The notes under the pieces: generated by a model
Seen by the model: only the letters and a program-made list of their open reading frames with translations
Told to the model about the DNA's origin: nothing
The model's database searches: none
Shown: piece by piece, positions 12,204-22,583 of the stretch
Position numbering within the stretch: the stretch's first letter is position 1
Layout of the letters: each line of letters opens with the position of its first letter
Made by a program: the position numbers and the translations under genes
Assembly: GCA_001643675.2 (NCBI GenBank)
Contig: LSRY02000014.1
Location: forward strand, 1,054,001-1,118,000
Origin: Monocercomonoides exilis PA203
Lineage: Eukaryota > Protista > Preaxostyla
Direction of reading: 5' to 3'
Length of the DNA: 64,000 nt

Positions 12204-13169
12204 AGAACTTGATTGAATTGACTGCGTCAAGTGGCATTAGATCGGTCAACATCCAATAAGATCGATCTAATGCCATTAAGAGTCAGTCAAATTGGATGTG
12301 ACTCAGTCTCATCCGATCATTTCCATTCTGGGCGTCATGATCAAAATATTTATGAAAAAATTTGTAATAAAAATTAATAATTAACATCTCATTTTATATC
12401 ATTTTAATTGAATATAATGATTTTTCATTTAAAATAGTTTTTTATTTAGTAAGTTTCTTTTAATAATTGACATTTCACGGAAAAACCTGGAAATTCTAAT
12501 TGTTTTTGTTTGATAATGATTATTGGTGAATTATAAAAATGATATAAGTAAATTTCATTTCATTTTTCAATATTAAGAACAAGTTTCATTTGTTTTTTTC
12601 ATTTCATTAAAATTTTCAGAAAAAGAAAAAATACAAAAAAAGAAGCTTTAGAATCATAACTTCTTTTTATTTTTTATTCGAAATGAAAAAATATCAAATA
12701 ATGATTGATTATTAAACACATAACAGTTAAGAAAACACAAAAAAGTATAATTGTTTATAAATATTGAAAATCAACAAAAAAATGATATAAAAATGTTTGT
12801 TGTTCAAAACATAAACAAATTTGGTTCAATTTCAACATTAAAAGTTAACAACAAAGTCACAATTGCGAAATTTGAAAGTTTCAAAAAACCAGAATCAAAA
12901 TAAGAAAACAACAAAAACATAGTTAATTTCGAAATATTCATATAAAAAATAAAAACATTTAAAAAGTTCAACGTTCATGAGCTTTCAATAGTAAAAATAT
13001 AAACAAAACAAAAAAATGTTCGATCACAATTCGTGATCATAAAAATTATAATTTCGCCCTTGGTGAGATTGAGGGAAATTCGATTAAAAATAGAGAAATT
13101 CGAGAAACCAGACATAAATCGATTTGACTGAGTCACATTTTCGCGACTCAGTCAAATCAATAAAGTTCT
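12204..13169 (+). mobile_element. Non-autonomous PHIS-type element, unit A (966 bp)
   Basis: TIRs AGAACTTGATTGAATTGACTGCGTC / GACTCAGTCAAATCAATAAAGTTCT, with ACT on both sides. Repeated GACTNAGTC motifs and an AT-rich interior without an ORF. Confidence 0.85.
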
Positions 13170-13172
13170 ACT

Positions 13173-15511
13173 AGAACCTTTTGTATTTTATTTGATGCAT
13201 CCGCAAAAGATATATAAACACTTTATAATATCGATTGAAAACCGAATAGAATCAAACTTATTTGATTTGATTCAATAACATTCATATTCACAAATGTTGG
13301 TTTCGTGATCATTAATAACAAAATTTCAATATTTGGTTTTGATCAAACGAAAGTTGTTCTAATTTTTTTCTGATGTCACATTCAAATTTTTTGGACGTTT
13401 TGAAGAGTGTGGAGAGGAGAAATATTATTCCACAACGGAATGAATCACTTCAAAAGGAAGAAAAAATTTCCATCATCAAAAAAGCTTGTGACTTTTTTGA
13501 TGATCCTGTTTCTTCTTTTTTTCGACTTACTGGATTCACAAAAGAAGAATTTGATTTTCTCATTCACATTCTTCAAATGGAAGTTCCTCATCGTCGAGGG
13601 AAACTGAAAGCAATCAACAATTTTGATGAACAGTTATTCTTGTTACTCACTTTTCTTCATCACGGTTCAACAACACTCACACTTTTATTATCCACACCTT
13701 TCTATGAAACTCAAAACGCTCTTGTCAGACTTCTTCACAGTATTGTTTCTCATATCAGAGCTCCATTAGCAGATTTGTTTTTGACATTTCGCCCTGACAG
13801 GATTGAAGTGATGAAGGAGGTTGGAATTGTTTTGGACTGTACAATCATTCCCATCAACAGACCTGGAGGTCGATTAGACTTTGGGAAAAAGTTTTTTAGT
13901 GGGAAACATCACACATATTGTGTGAAAGCTGAGGTTGGATTCAATCCCATAGTTGGGACAGCAAGTACTATCAGTGCAATTCATTCTGGCTCCACTCATG
14001 ACTTTACAGTCTTTAAAGATCATTATCCTCAATTTTTGGATCGTTTGGGAGGGGCAAAAATATTGGCTGATTCGGCTTACATAGGAGCGAGACCTGATTT
14101 GGCTGCAATTATCACCAAACCAGTGGGAACACCAGAGCTAGCAACTCATCGAGTTATCGTGGAACGGTTTTTCGGTCGTCTGAAGACCCTCTTTTCAGTT
14201 TTTAGAAGACAGTGGCCATTTGAAGTTGAAAGGGTTGCTGATTATTTCTGTGTGGCTTGTTGTTTGACCAATTTTCATATATTACGAAATCCATTGACAA
14301 GAGCAGATGGGGAAGCAAATCAGCGTATTTTGGACAACTTGTGGACGGAGCATTTACAAAAACAAAAAGCAAGACAAATAGCGAATGAGAGATATCGAAT
14401 AAAATTGAAAAATAGATTGAATCCGAGCTTGTCAATTACACCCACAATAACTTCTTTAAAGGCACAAATAGACAGTTTATTATTCATTACTTTACCCATA
14501 TTTATATTCTTTATCATTTATTTGATTTTTTTTGATAACTCTTTCAACCATTATATTTTCTCTTTTTTTTTTATTCAGATATTTCACAGAATGAAAAGGA
14601 AGGCGCACTGAAAAAGAAATGTGAAGAAGAAAAGAAAGAAAAGCGAAAAATCGAAGAAAAAGAAGAAAAAGAAGAAAAAGAAGAAAAAGATAGAAATGAA
14701 ACGAAAAGGATTGATTTGGAAGAAAATGATAGTGACGAAGATGATAATTCTATGGCCTGGTGTTTTCCAGGTCAGTGGAAATCAATCCAACATTCTTCTG
14801 CATCTTCTTCATCTCCTTTTCCTTCAACTCCACGTTCATCAGAAGCAGAAAAGGCGAAAAGAATTACGCCAAGTCCTTTAAGGCTTCTTTTGGAACAAAG
14901 AAATTAGTTTTTTCTTTTATTATTTCTATTTTTCAATCATTCACCTTTTTTTAAAAAAAAAAATAAAAGAGAATAAAAAATATAACTTATTGTATGTATG
15001 TCATAAAATATTTATGAAAAATATTGAAATGAAACAAAAATCGTTGTTTCCCCTTGAGTTTTATATGAAATAAACGTTGAAAAAGTATTATTAATGATCC
15101 TGATTTAAAATAAAACGTCACAGCTGTTAATAGCTTAAAACATATGAAAATAATCATAAGAATTAATAAAAATGCTCAATCGCAAGGATATCATGTGAAA
15201 GAATTAAAAATAAATGCAAACCTTTTGAACTATAAAAAAACTCAAAATTTGCTGAAAACAGATCAAAACACCGTGGATTTTATATAGATGCATAAAATAT
15301 AAAAGTTTTGTGAATAATCGAAACGAAGGAATCACATAAAATAAGAAACAAAAAAATAATAAGATCAGTTTTTCAAACATTTCGTAATTCCTATTTTGGA
15401 CCAAGTGAGATTGAGACAGTTCCAATATGATTGAATCAATTCCAAAAAAAGAGGTTGACATCTATGTTATAAAATCAAATTTATTTTTTGCTCAAGATTC
15501 GAAAAACGTCT
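13173..15511 (+). mobile_element. Autonomous PHIS (PIF/Harbinger-like) element, unit B (2339 bp)
   Basis: AGA...TCT ends flanked by ACT and ATT. Shares TGATCA 133 nt from the left end and AGATTGAG 103 nt from the right end with units A and C. Contains the transposase. Confidence 0.8.
13373..14907 (+). CDS. DDE_Tnp_4 (Harbinger/ISL2EU/IS5-like) transposase, 2 exons (13373-14474, 14579-14907), ~476 aa
   Basis: Motifs FRLTG, IVLDCTIIPINRP, FSGKHHTYCVK, GSTHDFTVF, ILADSAYIG, RVIVERFFGRLK. Intron GTTTAT..TTCAG at 14475-14578 joins in frame to the K/E-rich tail of ORF 14716-14907. Confidence 0.9.
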
Positions 15512-15514
15512 ATT

Positions 15515-16506
15515 AGAACTAAAACGAAATGACTCAGTAATGCGGTATTCGATTTGACTAATACCAATAAGTGAAATATAAAACCAAAAAGTGAGACTCA
15601 AAACCGTTTTGATTGAGTCAAGACCAATTGATTCAATTCTGGGTGCATGATCAATAGAAAGTTTCACAAATTAAGTTGTTCATATCTTTCAATATTTAAA
15701 GAATAAATGAATTATATTATATATATATTAAAATGTGAACGTTTTTTAATTAAAAAAACGAAAGATTCTATGTTTTGATTTTTTCAAAATTCTTTATTCA
15801 ATATTAATTTTTTGTTTTAACAAATTTTTCATTAAAAACATTTTGTTTTTTATATTTTGTTAAATTTTGATTGATTTGAAGAAAAAAATTCAATGATCAA
15901 AAAAGAATTGGAAACATACAACGAAATTTAAAAAAACAGAAAAAACAATGATAGAAATTCGAATTGAAAAATTTTTCAACCACTTATCATTTAATCAATT
16001 CTTTTCTTTATAAAAAATAAAAAAGATAGATTATAAAGTTCATAATTCAGACAAAGTTTTATGAAAAAACAATAGTTCAATAAATAACATCCTTTCAAAA
16101 TAAAACTGAAACAAAACCAACGAAATAATAAATACTAACTTCATAATTAAAACAATAAATAACAGTTTGAACATAAGAAACTTATTATTAAATCAAAAAT
16201 AACTTAAAAAACTTGTTTCAAAAATTTCGATGAATTTTTCATGATCTTAAAAAAACTTAACGCAAATATATTAAGAATACATTAATGATACACATATCAA
16301 AAAATTAATAAAAGCAAACTGCTCTGTGACAGAAAACACAAAAAACTTCAAATAATTATGATCAAAATTGATACATAACTTTTGTATTTTTGATCACAAA
16401 AAAGATTGAGGGAAAACCGAATTGATTGAGTCAAAACCATTAAAAAAGACACAAAACGTTTAGACTTAATCAATTCGAATTGACCCGCTCAATTCGTTTA
16501 AGGTCT
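15515..16506 (+). mobile_element. Non-autonomous PHIS-type element, unit C (992 bp)
   Basis: Imperfect TIRs AGAACTAAAACGAAATGACTCAGT / ACCCGCTCAATTCGTTTAAGGTCT, with ATT on both sides. Same positional motifs as A and B, plus TTGATTGAGTCAA repeats. Confidence 0.82.
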
Positions 16507-16509
16507 ATT

Positions 16510-16517
16510 TTCAACAA
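16510..16517 (+). promoter_or_regulatory. TTCAACAA 5' leader of tRNA-Asp, putative Pol III initiation element
   Basis: The identical 8-mer lies immediately 5' of tRNA-Lys (4827-4834, minus strand). Confidence 0.55.
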
Positions 16518-16589
16518 GTCCGCTTAGTATAGTCGGTAGAATATGAGACTGTCACTCTCATGGCCCGGGTTCAATTCCCGGAGTGGACG
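16518..16589 (+). tRNA. tRNA-Asp (GTC)
   Basis: Acceptor stem GTCCGCT/AGTGGAC+G, anticodon arm TGAGA-CTGTCAC-TCTCA, T arm CCGGG-TTCAATT-CCCGG, and a T6 terminator directly downstream. Confidence 0.95.
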
Positions 16590-16846
16590 AATTTTTTGTT
16601 GTTTTTTGAAGTTGATTTATCTTTTTTTTATCATTTTCAGATAATTGAAGAATAACAATTGAAGTCTATAAAAAGATGATATGGCTATATATATATATTT
16701 TAATTGGCTATGAACATTTCTTCAAAATATCGAGAAAGATTTATGTATTTATTTGATTCATATTTATTCAAGAAAAGTTATTTTATTTTAAAAACTTCAA
16801 ATTTCCGTTCTGTTTGTTATGCTTTCTATGCTCATCGTTGTGGATT

Positions 16847-18141
16847 CTATGACGCAGGTGGGGTGGGTGAAAATAATCTTTGAATTTCTTCCATTGTCTT
16901 TTCTGATGAAGGATGAGGAGGAGCTGGATGCAAGTTTAGCCAAGTTTGAATTTGTCTTGAGTTCTCTGCTCCTCTTTCAAGGGCTTTTTGAAAAAGAGCA
17001 CGAGCACCTGCAATATCAGCATGGTACTTATAGCGCAAAAATGCCAAATTTGAATATGGAACCCAATAAGATGGCTGAACGTTCATTGCTTTTATGTAAC
17101 AATCTTCCGCCTCTTTTACACGATGCCGTGAATTCTGCAACAATGCTCCAAGATTGCAAAGAGACACTGAATCTGTATTATTCAAAACAAGAGCAGTACG
17201 AAATAACCCCTCTGCACTATGACTATCACCAAATAGATGATCGCTCAGCGCTCCAAGATTGCAAAGAATTTTTGCCCGAATTGTTGGACTCTCAGAATCA
17301 AAAATCCCTCTTTGTTCAAGAGCAGACGCCAAGCATACAAGAGATGCACTTTCAGTTGGAAATACTTTTGGTAGATGTTTTTGAACAAGTTTTATAATCA
17401 TTTTCAATCCATCACACAAGTTATCACGAAGTGTTGCATCTGTTGTGTGGAAAATATTCAACAAAAGATGAACAATATTTTTATAAATGAGTTATCCAAA
17501 CCACTTTCAACTTTTTTAGCACGTTGATACGTTGAAAAAAGAAGTCTCCAATTATGGCGATATAATAATTGAACGTCCTTTTCCAGAATCCCTATTTCTT
17601 GAGGATGCATGTGATATAAAACATCACGCCATATCATCTGATCATCTAAAATGCGCTTCCATCGTTTGCATACACGAGGAAGGACAGACAAAGTTTCTGG
17701 ATCAGCGTGAGAAAACACTATTCGTAAAATATCATCTCCAAGTCCAATCTCTGATGGATCATCTGTTTTCTCGCAATGAACAGATGAATAGGCCTGTACG
17801 TTTTCAAGATGTGCATTATTTAAATTGAAAATAAAAATAAATAAATGATAAAAAAAAAACAGAATAAATAAAAGTCAATACCCTTGAATGAAAATCAGAT
17901 AATAATTTAGCTTCAACACTTTGCGAGGTTTCAGAAGAAGTCAAACAACCTTTCTTATCTAAAAATGAAAGAGTGCAACATAATGGAGATAAAAAGAACG
18001 ATGTTTCAAACCTTGACACCGAACAATTCGCCCGTCAAAAAATAAAGAATGAGAATCAAGCTGAATTTTAATTTGTTCTTTTAAAGAATTGGGGCTATAT
18101 TCCTCAGGGTTTTTTTCAAAAGGTATTTCTATTTTAAGCAT
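16847..18141 (-). CDS. F-box + TPR repeat protein, multi-exon (start approximate)
   Basis: F-box-like FSHADPETLSVLPRVCKRWKRILDDQMIW. TPR-like LCNLGALL..EAEDCYIKAM..PYSNLAFL..ARALFQKALE. Exons separated by AT-rich gaps. Confidence 0.75.
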
Positions 18142-18918
18142 AGAAAACAACCAAACAATTACTGTTCCTGCATTTAAAAATTTCCTGTATTGATAAATTT
18201 TTAATTAAAGGGATGGAAAAAAAAAAAAAAAAAACACCATTCATTCAATTTCCATTTATTATGAATAATTGATTAAAAAAGTCTATATTTTCAATATTAA
18301 TAATATCCCGGTGAACAAATGTGTCTGAAGGCGTCAATGATAAAAAATGAATGATTTCTTTTCATTATCTGATTTGAAAAGCTTTCATCGTTATTTTTGA
18401 GGGGCGAGCGTTGCTGAATTTTTCATTGACTTTCTCCAAAATATAAATAAAGAAAATTTAAAGCGAAAACTTAATTGCATATTCTTGAATATTTTTTTTA
18501 TATTAAAACTGAAAACTCAGACAGCGAACAATTAAAATGTTGAAATAATAATAAAAATAAAATTCAATGGCATATAAGCTAATTCCGCAAACAATGTGAC
18601 AAAGCACCAACTGAAACAATACAAAACACAATGTAGATAGAAGACCAATCAAACTATTAACACAAAGAAGAAGTCTTCAATTTTTAATTTACAACAACTT
18701 CAAAAAAAAGAATAAAATTTGAAATGGAAACAAGAAAGAGACACTCAAAAAACAAAAAAATCAAAAAATAATATGTGAAGATTTCTGAAGAAACATTAAC
18801 TTCAATAAAATAAATAAATAAAAGAAAATTAATAACTTAAAATATAAAAATTAAAATTTAGAACTAAAAAGAAAAGTCAAACAATTACGCAAAATTCAAA
18901 TCAAATCACAACAAATCT

Positions 18919-18952
<34 letters not shown>

Positions 18953-19124
18953 CAAACAGAAAAAATAATCAACACGAATCCACAATTTACACATGTTTTA
19001 ACAAAAAGGTGTTCTATTAATAATAACAATAATAATAACTAAAGAATATCTTAAAATATTCATAAGCGTTCTTCATGGTCATCATCATCTTTATTATTAT
19101 TATTATTATTAATTGTATCTATTG

Positions 19125-21783
19125 CTAACAATGCGATGCAAAAAACGCTGTGCGTGCCAATCCAACCAGATCAGCATCGCAGCTGCACAGAAAGCACACA
19201 AACGTGTCAAACATCCCTTCCTCCTCCAGCTGCTCCATCAGCACATTCAGCGCCACTCTTCCCCTAACTCTGTTTTGATGCCTGTTTTTGCCCCTGCTCT
19301 CCTCTGCTTCTTCTCTTTGAGACACTCCTTCGCCTTGCAGCTGCTCAATCCTAAACAATCTCCTTTCTCTTCCTTTTGGATCTTTATTCACTTCCTTATC
19401 TCCTCCTCTTCCTCTCCCTTCCCCTATCCATCTTCCTCTTCCTCTTACTCTTTCTCCTCCGCTCTTTTCTTTCTTTGCCTTCTCTGCCCTTTCGTCACTT
19501 ATCTTCTCTTTTCCTTCCTTCGCATCTGCCGCTGCTATTTGCATCAGCTTCCTGTATGCGTGGTGCAGCGAAGCAACCGAATAATACCGCACATTTTCGT
19601 CACAATCGTCCAAAGCGCTTCTGATCAGGCATTCCACTCCTCCACCAAACACACTGCCATTCCTGCGCTTCCTCACTGGCGCAGTGCTGTTGGAACACCC
19701 GCTGCGCGCAGAAAGCTCCAAGCTGGGCTTCTTCACCGAAGGAACAGGAGAATACGAGGAATACGACAACGCCTCTGAGTAAGCATTGTTGCAGTTTGAC
19801 TGAGAACTTTTAACATTTTGTGAGTTTTGTTCTGAATCTGCCTTGAACTGTTGTGGTGCAGCCAACGGCATTGTGTGATATGACGAGGTAGGGACAGCAG
19901 CTAGATTGGCAATCGGTAGGACATGTGCAGAATGAAAGAAAGGATGGGCATGCAAAGAAGATAACGGATCGTAAGAAGAAGAAGAAGAAGAAGAAGCTGC
20001 TTCCAATGTGGTTTGTTCTTCCGATGACTTTGACGACAAAGCTGCTTCATTGTCTGATATCTGAGCCACATTGCTCGAACTGTCCGATTCTGAATGATGA
20101 ATGGTTCTATCGTTGTCACTGCTCGATCCACGCTCGTTGCTGTCTTCTTTTTCAAACGCCATTTTCCGCCCAACAAGAACCGTCACATGGCTTTTGCTGT
20201 ATCCGATGTTTTTATCTCTTTTCTTGTTCTTGTTCTTCTCTTCTTTCTCCGCTTCCATCCACCTTTCTCTTTTCTGCCTTCTCTCTTTTTCCTCCTCCTC
20301 TTCTTCTCTCTCCTCCTCCATTTCCTCCTCTCGTCTTCGTTCTCTCAACCAGGCCGCTTCTTTCTCGTCCACCACTCGTTCTATTGCACCCTCGCAGCTC
20401 TTGCTTCTCCTTTGCCCTGTCATCAACAGCAACACAATCTGCTCAGCTGTTCCGTTTGACAGCACAGATGCTATGAAGATGATCGCCGTCACTCGTGGTG
20501 GGGTGCTTGGGGAATACAGCAACGTGTCAAATATTCCTGGCAAAGAACAAACATTTGATAAAATTATAAAAGGAGAAGTTTTTTTGAAAAAAAATGAATG
20601 ATAAAAATAATAAAATGAACATAAGTGTTAAGAAGGGGGAGGCAAAAACAGCGACAATTATGATGAACAATTTTAAAAAGCATTATTCAAAGAAAAGAAG
20701 TTAAAAGAAAAGAAAAGAAAAGAAAAAAATAAAAATTATGAATTTTTATTTTTTTTCCACACTTAAAAAGAGACAAGGCGTCTGAACAGCGGATTCTAGC
20801 ACGGGATTATGAAACGTGCTAAGCGTGTGCAGCAAAGAAATGCTCGCCTCATTCAGCTGCGCTGCTTCGCCTGTTGTGTGCATTGTGTTATACGACGAGA
20901 TAGCATTTGTGCAACTTGGGCTATGGTCATCTACAGAATTTGTTAATGAATCATCAATTGATGAAATGCAAGGAATGGATAGCGGTTGCATCAACTGAGG
21001 CGATGGAATTGCTGGAATCGTAGACAGAAGTATCGAGCATATCATTGGTACAATTCCATGATCAAGAAGCTTTGGAGCTAAATCTTTTGTAACGATAGAA
21101 AATAGATTCAACGCAGAAATCGTTTCCAGAGAGATACCCGTACATGGGTGATGCATATAAGGAATTAGTCTAATGGGTATTTCCAGTGGTTCCAAAAGAT
21201 TACAGTTGTCTTAAACAATAATAAAAAGCAATCACATGAATATAAATAATTAACAAAATTTTATAAAAAGAAACAGTAATTTTAATAAACTATGATTTTG
21301 TGTTGCGCACGAAAGAGCAAAGATAATATCCCGTGCAATGGGCCACAGATGAGGACTAGATGTTGCGATTGTAAGTTGATCAAGCAAATGAATTGCAATT
21401 GAAAATAAAAGCTGTTTTTCAATTTGTCTGTATTTTTCAATAAAATAAATTGTCAATGCTATGTTTAGACGCGAATGGTGAGTCATGTTTTTTTTCACAA
21501 AAAGTTTAATTAGAAATGATGTTGGAATATTCTCACCAAATAGCGGAAAAAACAAATTCATGTGGAAATTTTTGCTTTCCTTTGCTCCGCGCTTTGCTAA
21601 TTCCATAACAACTTCCGTAGCTTTTTCACTTCTACGTGAATTAATATCCCCCATTAGTTTTTTCAATTCTGAAAAATTATTGGATGAAAATGAGGAAAGA
21701 AGATCTTGAAACGAAGAAATAGTTATTCGTTCAATTTGCTCGTTGAGGAAATCAATAAAATTATTTTCTGACAATTCTTGCAT
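19125..21783 (-). CDS. Hypothetical ARM/HEAT-repeat-like protein with low-complexity inserts, at least 3 exons
   Basis: Three collinear minus-strand ORFs separated by AT-rich intron-like gaps. Helical segments LLDHGIVPMICSIL, LDDCDENVRYYSVASL, EQLEEEGMFD. Boundaries approximate. Confidence 0.55.
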
Positions 21784-22583
21784 GCTTTGCTTCGAACTTA
21801 TTGGAAAAAAAAATATCAAAACAAATAATCAGGATCTTAACCCTCAATTAAATTATAAATATGTTGTCTCATCTCCGAATAATTTGCTGATTAATCAATA
21901 AAAAAATTATCAATTCATAAAAATTTTCATTCGATTATTTAGATTTAAAACAATTTCAATTAAAAAAATAAACGAATAATGAATCCCAAAAAAAAATATA
22001 ATTGTTGTTTTCATAAGTTATTTCAATCCTCCTGAAACTTTTTTTTTGAAAAAAGATTGTTGATAATAATCTTATATTTGATTTATATATTTGATGCAAA
22101 AATGTTTTTGTTTGCTTTATTTTTTTATAAGTTGACGTGAAAATAAAATTTGTTGAGGTGTGTGCTAAGTTTTTTTTAATTTTAAAAGAAAATTTGATAC
22201 AGACCCAAAATTTTGCAATCAGAAATCAATTGATTTTTTCCAAATTTGTCAACAAAATAATAAAACGAACAAAACCGTCAGTTGCTCATATCTCCTCAAA
22301 CAATTGTTTCCAATATTTCGATTTCAAATAACGGCAACAATCATCCTTTGACCTGTGAGCAGCTGATTGTGATCATCAAATCACTCCCATCCCAAATAAA
22401 ACAAGCTCCTTTTTTCAACAGATTATTAATATCCACTTATTCTTTGAAAAAGAAAAAACCACCACCAAATTACAGAACACATCTCACAAACTCTTTCACA
22501 AATTCTTCGATGCAAAGAAATATCACATTCTCCTTTGATCTCTCTCCTTTTTTTTGTTTCACATTCTCCTTTTCCACTCACTT

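Noticed and set aside
14475-14611. Apparent C-terminal transmembrane helix on the Harbinger transposase
   Set aside because: It is read-through into a T-rich GT-AG intron (14475-14578).
12204-16506. Reading the array as a CRISPR array, integron cassette array or bacterial composite transposon
   Set aside because: No constant repeat-spacer units, cas genes or integrase. The middle unit has its own end motifs and an intron-containing eukaryotic transposase.
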